Assembly: GCA_053919585.1 (NCBI GenBank) | Contig: CM132819.1 | Length of the DNA: 64,000 bases | DNA from: Euprymna scolopes | Lineage: Eukaryota | Direction: 5' to 3' (one strand) | Position numbers and translations under genes: made by a program | Shown here: in pieces, positions 53,820 to 64,000 of the stretch | Position numbering within the stretch: the first letter of the stretch is position 1 | Layout: each line of letters starts with the position of its first letter | Notes under the pieces: model-generated | Told to the model about the DNA's origin: nothing | Database searches by the model: none | Seen by the model: the letters and a program-made list of their open reading frames with translations, nothing else

Positions 53820-54275
53820 AAACAAGGCACATTGCCACTTTGTTGTATGGGGCTACTATCAGGGATATAGGCATCAAGTGTACTGTGTAGGGAGCTGGGC
53901 AGCAAGATGTCGGTTCACGTGGCACTTGAACTTCTGCATGTTAGTACAGTTGGGGAAGCAGGCACCCGGAAGAGTATTCCAAAGTCTAGCTGTCCTGGGG
54001 AAGAAACTACTGGAGTACAAGGCTTTCTTACATCTAGGGGTCTCTACTGTGAAGGGGTGGGATTTAGCTGCTTGTCGGGTTTTCGGAGGTATTTACGTCG
54101 AGGGGGCACAAGTGCTTGCAGTTCGTCAGAGCATTCACCGTTAAAGTACTTGTAGAACAAGCAGAGAGATGCAACATTTCGTCGATGTGACAGAGGCTGA
54201 AGTTTAGAGGACAGTTTGGGACCTATCAGATTGGCGACTCTCTTTTGAACCTTGTCTAGGAGCGAGAGACGAGTG
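53820..54275 (-). mobile_element. CR1/L2/Jockey-group LINE 3' fragment
   Basis: LLDKVQKRVANLIG..LQPLSHRRNVASLCLFYKYFNGECSDEL in minus frame. Confidence 0.8.
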
Positions 54276-54294
54276 CCATCTCACTCTCTCTCTC

Positions 54295-54357
<63 letters not shown>

Positions 54358-55012
54358 TATATATATATTTAGTGGTTAAATTTAAATTCTGAACAAAACA
54401 ATATATAGATCTACCAAAACACACTCAACGCACCAACGAATATGGCTGCCCAGTATACCTTTCGGAAAATTAATAAGAAGCAACCACGCTTTTTTTTTGT
54501 TGTATGTGACTACTGCCTTCTCCCCTAAACCAATATTCTGCCGAACTGGATTTATAACCCCGAATGGCACGGTACTCCTTCCGATAATAACTGCCCAGGT
54601 TGTACCAAATCCCCTTTTCCTATAATTATTTCCAGATAATTTTCATTCATCACCCAAAAAAACATTTTCAAGATTTATGCTGAAAAGCAAAATAAGTGTC
54701 TATTCACAGCTGCACATTTGCTAATCCCATTTCATTTCCTCTGATGATATGAGCCATTATTGAAAATCCATGGATTAAGGAAATTAACATAACCCCTTCT
54801 ATATATTCCTTTAGTCAAACAATCAATTCTTAATTCGAATATATGTGTCTATATATTGTTTTTTCAAAATTTCAATTTAACCACTAAATTCATATATTGC
54901 TATATTCTTAAATATTGAGCTTCTCCTTTACGGCTAGGATCACTCTGAAAGTATTACTTCAAGTAATATCTATCAGGATTTTCACCTGAATTCTAATCAG
55001 TGTCTTATCCCG

Positions 55013-55088
<76 letters not shown>

Positions 55089-55432
55089 ATTCCAAATGTT
55101 GTAATGGAAATATATTAAAAGGTATATGCAGCTTCTCTTCGAATTTTCGGATTTTAATCAATCACAGTTCATTTCCATTTTGACCGATTCATTGTTTCTA
55201 TTTCTTCTGATGAGTTCAGGGCATGATAGATTCATTGATTGATATAATAATTTAGTAACTGATTTCGCACTACGAAACAGATACTGTAAAGAATTGTAAA
55301 AGTCAACTGAATTAAAGGGATAAATCACAAATTTTGGAATACAGTTTTTTATCATTTATTCTTTATATTGCTCTGTAATTACATTGATCTTCTTAAATAC
55401 AGATTGGTATATATTATAAGAAAATATATTTT

Positions 55433-55459
<27 letters not shown>

Positions 55460-55466
<7 letters not shown>

Positions 55467-55876
55467 TGAAAGTGTCTGTCTGTCTGTGTATCTGTGTATC
55501 TGTGTGTGTACATTTCCGTAGGCAATATCTCTGTTAATTTGCAGTCTACAGACTCGAAATTTTATATACAGAGTACCACGATTTGGGAAAATATATGTGA
55601 TCGGGTTTTGGCCAGAAATTTAGCGATTAAGGGGTCAAATTCCAACGATTTGACATTTGAGAACTTCACCAAACTCCCTTGAGAATTTTGGGTCTAATCA
55701 CTTGAATTTTTAGATATAAGTCTCTTGGGCATAGATCTAACTTAATAACTCGATTTGAGTCCAAATTAGTAAATTTTAAGGGGTCATAATAGGGGTCAAA
55801 ATTTAAAAAAATGGTCGCTTTTCTTTTGCTCAACATACACCTCCAAATATCCGGGCAACGCCGGGAACCCATGCTA

Positions 55877-55877
<1 letters not shown>
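55460..55877 (+). mobile_element. Family-A Helitron in (TA)n
   Basis: CCGGGCAACGCCGGG hairpin, CTAG|T end. Confidence 0.8.
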
Positions 55878-55923
<46 letters not shown>

Positions 55924-58900
55924 TGACCTCGTTTGTCTGCGTGCGGAATGGTGTGCAACAAACTATTGTCAAATTTGGTCTTCAGACTTAAAATCCGATA
56001 TAAATTCAATGTGGTTTACAGCCGGAGAAAATGGCTGCTAAAGCGCTATTATTTTTTTAAACGAATGTAACAAGCGTACGTCTACCAAAATTGTATCTTC
56101 TACGCATGCGCATTTATAAATTGATACGTTAAAGTCAGGTAATATGATCAACTCCTACATGGACGTCGTCTTCACTCAAAAGCTATCGAATAACGCTAGA
56201 GAGATAAATCATTTTGGTTTCGATTCTAGCTGATGGCACCTCAGTCATAATTTTTTCCTCTAAACATTTGAAATAACTAATATGTATATATATTTTACTA
56301 GTTATTATAGATACAGAATCTGCGTGAATTAAACTATATATAAGCCTATTTATTATACATAATAAACGTATTACTTTATAACTCGAAATTATTAGGAAAA
56401 TAATTATTAATATTTTTCATAGATTTCAAGGCCTGGATCAGAAAAACACATGGGCTTTTAATTATTCCGATAAAACACAGAATCATGGTACTAAGATTAA
56501 ATCAAGTTGGATAAAACACTACATGAAAAAAAACACACACACAAAAGACACAAATATTTAAAATGTAAAAATGATTAGTCTAAAAGTTATTCGTGTTATA
56601 GTCTGGATAAAGTAAGACGTACATTTTCTATCCGAACATCCCCAATACGTATTTGTAAATAAACATTCACGGAGAAGATAAAAAGGTGAAAACTTAACAT
56701 GAATATGCAGATTCATACAACATTTGCGGAGTATTGCGGAGTACCAATAAAAGTGCAATGTTTTCTTACGGTTGTGGAAGCCACTCTATATGTAAATTCA
56801 CAAAATCGAAAGTGTAGTTTTCGTGGCAGTCAATACATACATTAGGCAGATACGTGTTAGAATTATGCCGACGGCAGAAAATGTTTGTCTCGTTGTACCC
56901 GCTTACACTCACTTCCTAGTTAATAATCGGAACTTTAGGTGTTTCTTTTCATTCTTATTATCACAGTTTCGAATAATCTGTAAATCAAGTTTCACTTTCG
57001 ACGCAAAGCACTTGCCCTCTTCAGTGGCACGAAAAAGTCCTGATACAGTGAAGCAAATCTCTAGATATTGTAACCACATATATACTTATATTAAAAGAGT
57101 TTATGCAAACGTATCAGGCCCTCTTATTTAGAACTTATTTTAATCGCTGTTTTTAGCACGGCGTTTTCAGGAAAAATGGCTTGAAACTCGGAGATAGCTA
57201 CTTTAGTAAATACGCGATGCTGAATCTTCTATGGAATTATTTTTTTTCGACATTACATGGTCACATAGATTTTTTTTCGACATTATATTCTCATATACAT
57301 TTATTTCTTAGCTGAGGGGTTTACAAAGGAAAACAGTCAATATTGATGTAGATGATCATTTTGCATTAATAAAACAGATCTGTAAAAATGTTCCGAAGTT
57401 TTGAAATGCTAAAAATTTTTTCCGTAAGGAAAATTGATGAGAAATTANNNNNNNNNNNNNNNNNNNNNNNNNNNNNNNNNNNNNNNNNNNNNNNNNNNNN
57501 NNNNNNNNNNNNNNNNNNNNNNNNNNNNNNNNNNNNNNNNNNNNNNNNNNNNNNNNNNNNNNNNNNNNNNNNNNNNNNNNNNNNCATCATTGGGCATATA
57601 AATCGTCTATCCGCTTTGTGACTTCCGGTTTGCAAATAGTCATTTCCTTACCTATTACATGCCCGCCTGTCTTATATCCGATATAAAATGCTGCTGCTAT
57701 TCAAAGCATACACAGGGTCAACAATATATATTATTTTAACATATTTTAACGCATTTTTCTTACAAATAAATATAATGTAAGCCCGTTTAGTTAAAAAACT
57801 AACTTATTATATATACATATATATGTATATATATACATATATATACATATATATACATACATATACACACATATATACATATATATAACTACTTCATTTA
57901 CTCACATAAAATTAATATACGAAAGTATAGATATATGCGTAAACTTTAAGTATTTACTTCAAAAGTGCTCAATACGTAGGTAGAGCTACTTAGTAATATA
58001 TATAGCCATATATNNNNNNNNNNNNNNNNNNNNNNNNNNNNNNNNNNNNNNNNNNNNNNNNNNNNNNNNNNNNNNNNNNNNNNNNNNNNNNNNNNNNNNN
58101 NNNNNNNNNNNNNNNNNNNNNNNNNNNNNNNNNNNNNNNNNNNNNNNNNNNGAAGGGTTTTAACAAGATTGGTATCGTTTAGAAGCTCGACGCTTCAGAT
58201 GATAAATTATGAAAAATTGGATAAACGCATAAATTTCTCTACGCTCAACTAGGCACTTTTCTACAAGAAGGTATCGCTTTTTTCGCTGATATTTTCAAAA
58301 CTCATCCCCCCTTTTCAATTGACTAAGCTTAATTTAAAACTTGGGCTCTTCCAGTTTTTCGATGGACGCAACAGTAAAGAGGTCACGTTTTTTTTTTACG
58401 TTCTTTTCCTCCTTCGCGGTACGGGTTCGAGCGTGCCTGGCTACCCCCCTTTTTTTGATCAACACACACCTCCAAACACCCAAGTTAGTCTATAATATAA
58501 ATGTCACCTGTGTGTAAATTTATGTATAAATGTGTTTTTGTAGGTCTCACAAAACGTTCGATAGTTGCGACGGATTTTTAAGGGATTGGTATTATTTTGA
58601 AGACTGACATTTCGGACGACAAATATCGAAGAATCGGTCAAAAACAGTAATTCCTTCACCCTCGATTCAACAGTTTTCTGCATGGAGAGTCGGTTTTTTC
58701 GCTGATATTTTTTTTCCAATAATTTAACCCTCGCGCTCACGACGTCGCATAAAAGGCCTTATTTCGACCGCCTCTGACGTCACAACCACGGTAGGCACAT
58801 CAGAAAGACGGTCTTTTTTTTCGCCTTTTTCCTTTCGTTACGGGNNNNNNNNNNNNNNNNNNNNNNNNNNNNNNNNNNNNNNNNNNNNNNNNNNNNNNNN

Positions 58901-58994
58901 NNNNNNNNNNNNNNNNNNNNNNNNNNNNNNNNNNNNNNNNNNNNNNNNNNNNNNNNNNNNNNNNNNNNNNNNNNNNNNNNNNNNNNNNNNNNNN

Positions 58995-59696
58995 NTATAT
59001 GGTTGACTATTTTTAAAAAATGATTGCATCTATAGATAGAAGATGTATCGAGACACAGAAATGGGTATGCTTGATCTGAAGAACGATGGTTCATTAAAAT
59101 TGTGGGGTCTACGTTCACGCCTGGTCCACAAAGTATGGAAATAAAAAATTAAAAATTAAAAAAAAAACGATTATAAGTGTTTTTGATATAGATGTACATA
59201 ATCATACTTTGATAAGTATGTTTTAACTTAAATAGGGATGGTATAATAAAATTGTGGGGTCTGTGTTCGCGTCTGGCCTCCAGAGAATGGAAATAGGCAC
59301 ACACTTTAATAAAGACTTGTTATAGTTATCTGCGTAAGTATATTTGATAATTATGTTTCAGTTTGAAGAAATATAGTATAATAAAATTATGGGGTGTTCG
59401 TTCGCACATGGCCTCCATAGAATGGAAATATGTCACAAAGTTTAACAATGTTTTTTAATATAGATCCACAGAATATTGTGATAAGTGTTTCAGTGTGAAC
59501 AAGTATGGTATAATAAATTATGGGGTTTATCTATTTTATTTTTACTTTCATCATATTTTGCTTTGGTTTTGATACCCCAAAATCGAAGCTATCTCTTTAC
59601 AATCCTTCCTTTTCATAACCTATCATACTTTCATAAATCACAGTCCATTTTCTGTACGCTGTTTTTGAACCCAGTCAACGACGAGTACTTTTGCTA

Positions 59697-59698
<2 letters not shown>
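58995..59698 (+). mobile_element. Second copy of internally repetitive Helitron-like element
   Basis: Colinear with 33520-34218. Confidence 0.7.
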
Positions 59699-59742
<44 letters not shown>

Positions 59743-62144
59743 CGCTCCCAGTTTTACTATTTTTGTTTTGTTTTTTATTTTATTTTGCTTAACCAACACC
59801 CTTACACACACTTCCAATTTCTTTACCGCCTTTGCGTGACGGGTTCGACCCTTCATGCCTACTGCACCTTTTTTTATTCTTGCTCAGCACACTCCCAAAC
59901 ACCCGGACAACGCCGAGCACACATATAAATAAAATGAACTCATTTTTTCCCGTCTGATTTTGACATTAATAGGATTAAAAATCAAGATATTTCATGCAAA
60001 TATAATATGCACAAACGGCAGAACAATATCTGAGGTGTGTTATAGGCTTATTATTTCTCAAATTCCTCGATAATCTTAGATTTCTATACTTTTTCTGCTG
60101 AGAAGTCACGCCCAAAATCGGTTAAGATCAATGGAAGTGGTAAAATATTTTCTCTCTAATAAATTCCTCCTCCCCCTGCCACCACTTAACACCGTTTGGG
60201 GATCGTTCACAAGGAACAGTTGAGAAGAGAATACCGGTTTGGCTTCGTAGTTCTTTCATGTGAAGTTATTTAAAATCACTAAACTAAGCTGCAGTGCTCT
60301 GTGGCGTAGTGGTTAGCGTGCTGGACAATTCACATTATATTTTCACGTTCGCGCCGAACTACCGTAGTCGTTTTTTTTTTGTTTTTTTTTTCCTAAACAA
60401 CTGGAATGGACTTTTCTTGGTGGCCGAACTGTTAACGTTGCAGATGTTTTTTTGTTTTTTTTTCACACTTTATTTTCCTACTTTTACTCGTGACTCCGGG
60501 TTTGATCCTTCCTACTTACCTACCATAACATTTTTAACCCTCCCCCCGTCCCGGAAACAAACACTCGGGCAACGCCGGGTACCCCCGCTAGTCTTTAATA
60601 TAAAGGCCATAAATATGTTTAAATGTATGCGTGTATGTTTGTATGTGTGCCTAAAACTTTCGACAGAGGCGACAGATTTTCATGAGATCGGTATCGTTTT
60701 GAAGCCCGACCATTTTGACTACAAATAAAGAAACATTGGCTAAAAATATTAAATCCTTCACTCTTAACAAGGCATTTTTCTACAATGAGGAGTAGCAAAA
60801 ATCGTTCCTTCATGACAATCTACTTTGCATGTGCAAAAAAGTTCTTTCTTGAATTTGTTAAAAAAAACTGACCTCACGCGATCATAGACCAGTCGTTATA
60901 GGTCAGCGTCGTTATTTGTAGATTGCATGTTCGAGCTGAGATATCAGATATATTTTTTCCGATTTTTAAAGTTTTAATATTGAAGGAAAACTTATTCTTT
61001 TTTTTTAAATTGTTCAATCACTTTCGCTGTTTTTTGTTTTTATTTTTCCAATATTTTAAAACAGAAGTTTGAACATTGAACCAGGGTTATTTATCCCATT
61101 TCTTTTTCGTTCGCTTATTTTTTATTTTGCATCACGTTCGCTGTTTTTTTTGTTCGCGTATTCTTTATTTTTTATTTTGTTTGATTTATCCCTCCCCCAC
61201 CTTCCCACACCCTGGCAACGCCCAGCATCTCCGCTAGTATAATTATAAAACTCATGTTTGAGCATTTAAACCGTCTATTCGGTTTGTGATTTCCGGTTTT
61301 AAAAAGTTCGTCAACCTATCTATTCATGGCCGCCATGTCTTAAATCCGCTATCAAAAGCTACGGCCGCTATTCATATAATACACCAGTTCAACAATATTT
61401 TGGTTTTAACTTATTTAACATGTTTTCCTTACAAATAAATGTAATTTAACACGGTTGAAAAAACTGATTTAAATATAAATATACAACTATTATCATATTG
61501 CTAACAGTATTTACTGTTTTTTAGTAGCGCCCCTGTGGATTCTGACGATTTATGTTTTTAGGCCTTAAATATTTTTTTTTCAAGGAGAGAGGGAAGTAGA
61601 AACTTGGTTTTAGTAGTGCGTTTAGTAGAGCCTCGTCTCCTTAAGTTTAATTAAGGTTTGCAGTAGTGCTCTTGAGGCTTCCTGGGTTTTATTTTTCTCT
61701 CAATTTTTTTTCTAAAGATAATAAATGAACATATTTTTATCTTACCCCTTAAGGACCACGGGGTAGACTAAACAAATATAATGATGGAGTGTAACAGATC
61801 GAACTTTTCTTTAAGAGAAAGTTGCAAAAGAAAAAAAAAAAAGAAATAAAGAATAATAACGGGGGAGGGGCCAGCCACAAATCGGGGCTGAAAATGGAGG
61901 ATCGATTTATTAGAACGCTTAATATTTGAATTAGGATTTTTTTTTCCATTTTTTATAATCTGGTAGCTTATTATCTAATAATCTGCAGAAATATTTGGCA
62001 TACAAAAAGAAAAATTGTTAGTTGGGTGCCGATTGTTCAGACGCACCTACATATTAGTAATTTTTCTAGAAGTTTTTTTAATTGTATTTTCCTCTCAATG
62101 TGACTTAAATGTAGAAGCTAATATCTGGGTCATAATTTGCAGAC

Positions 62145-62720
62145 ATACTATGTAAGTGGTTAAGTAGCAAGATGTCTGTTTGCATGTTTTGCATTACACT
62201 TAAAATTCTGCATGTCAGTACAGTCAGGTAAGCAAGAACGTGGAAGGAAATTCAGAAGTCTAGCAGTTCGACGGAAGACACTATTATAGTAGAAGGCTTT
62301 CTGGCCACTGGCGATCTGTATAGGAGTGGGATGATGTCGTGTTTCGCTGGTGTATTTACGTCAAAGGGGTACAGGGGTTTGTAGTTTATCAGAGCACTTA
62401 TCATTAAAATACTTGTAAAACAGACAGAGAGATGCAACATTTCGTAGATGAGACAGAGGTTGAAGCCTAGCTAACAGACCTACTAGGTTGGCGACACCTT
62501 TTGAACCGTGCCCATGTGTGAGAAGGTAGATGCATCAGTCCAAATGTGACAACAATATTGCATACATAATCGATTGGTGGCCTTGTAGAGGTAAAGGAAA
62601 CTCTTCGGCGTAAGTAATTTTCTAGTATGGTAGATAGAGCGCACCTGCTTTGCAGCAGCCTTGGCAATACTCTCGATGTATCTGTTCCAATTCATATTCC
62701 CGGTGAATGTAAAGCCAAGA
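62145..62720 (-). mobile_element. CR1/L2/Jockey-group LINE 3' fragment
   Basis: NWNRYIESIAKAAAK..LYLYKAT..MQYCCHIW, the RT C-terminal region. Confidence 0.8.
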
Positions 62721-63264
62721 TATATTATGAGGATTTATCAAATCAAGAACACGTTTATATTTTAAGTTTATATTTGTATTTTAATATCGATAAGAAAAAC
62801 TAATGCTAAACTATGAGTGGAAGTGTACCCGTCTTAGGACAGGTATTTTTTTGTTTATCGTATCCGCGATGAAACCGCTCGAAATAAAAGCGATGCTGGT
62901 TTTTAACAGCAATGCAAAACTGTTTCCTTAGGATTTTGTATTAGCCGTAACAGGACAAGTAATCCTCTGTTTTTTCTTCAAACCTCGCTCGGATTCGTCA
63001 CCCTGATGATTCTTATAAGGACGAAATGTACCGCTGGATAATTGTATTAGAAAAAGGTGTACGATCTCGTATATTGACTATAGTTCATCGGAGAAAACAG
63101 GAAAAGCTAACAGCGAGAAAAGGGAAATAAGGAGCCATTTTTTAAAATTAAATCTGTAAAATCTTCCTGCAAACGAATCTAAATGTCAATGGAAAGGAAA
63201 CTGAGACATACTGTTTTTATTAAATTTGTTTACTGTTTTGTTATAACCCAATGTAATCTATTAG

Positions 63265-64000
63265 ATAAATATCACCTGTCTGTTAGAATGTATGCATGTA
63301 TGTATGTATGTATGCCTAAAACTTTCGACGAAGGCGACGTATCTTCACAAGACCGGATTCGTTTTGATGCTCGACCATTTGGATGACAATTATCGAAAAA
63401 TTGTCTAAAAATTCCTTCACCCACAACTGGCCACTTTTCGACAAGGAGGGGGTTGCTTTTTTGCTGATATTTTCGAAAGTATCACATCCTTTCGATCGAC
63501 TAGCCTTAATTTTAATCTTCGCCACTTCTGGTTTTGGCGATGGACGCAACGGCAAAGACGTCTTTTTTTTCACATCCTTTCCCGCTTTTACAGTACGGGT
63601 TCGAGCCTTCTTGCCTACTACCACTTGTTTTTTTTCTTTTTGCTCAGCACACGCCTTCAAACACCCGGGCAACGCCGAACACACAGGATAATCTATATAT
63701 ATATAAAAGCGAAAATGTATGTGTGTATGTTTGTGTGTCTGCTGAAAATTTTCGACATCCTGAACAAAAATTCACAAATTTGGTCTCATATAAAGCCTCA
63801 TCCTTCGCCCGACAAATATCGAAAAATTGGCCAAAAACGTTAATTTTTTCACCCTGAAATCGGCACTTTTCTACAAGGAGGGCCAGCAAAAACCGTCCTC
63901 TCATGACGAGATCGGTTCTACGCATGTTCGATGACGTCATAACCTGATTTAGTTTAAATATTTGAAGAACTGACATAATTTCATGTACGTCGTATTAGGT
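63265..64000 (+). mobile_element. Tandem Helitron-like copies (family B, then a new TC start at ~63692)
   Basis: CCCGGGCAACGCCG hairpin at 63664-63677 followed by ATCTATATATATATAAAAG. Confidence 0.6.

Overview
AT-rich, gapped, repeat-dominated eukaryotic DNA. An invertebrate animal is inferred from the TCAAAGTG form of U2 snRNA and the repeat landscape. No intact host protein gene can be supported, and most listed ORFs are microsatellite, minisatellite or N-gap artefacts. The main signal is a U2-snRNA-linked retroposon system. Short (~150-240 bp) SINE-like units begin with the 5' end of U2 snRNA and are stacked head-to-tail at 760-1362 and 15295-16766, with a degenerate solo copy at ~20630. 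At the first locus a 5'-truncated Tx1/L1-type LINE appears to sit inside the U2-derived head. It shares a 3' motif (GGCCWTGTGCCTAA) with the short units, and one 11-bp direct repeat brackets the whole composite. The window also holds tandem tRNA-headed hammerhead-ribozyme repeats (retrozyme-like), two Penelope-like element relics with minimal hammerheads, and CR1/Jockey-group and R4-like LINE ends. DNA-transposon content includes Tc1/mariner relics, a hAT MITE family and many non-autonomous Helitrons. A 2.5-kb array of a 30-bp minisatellite lies at 44936-47490. All calls are by eye and family assignments rely on recalled motifs.
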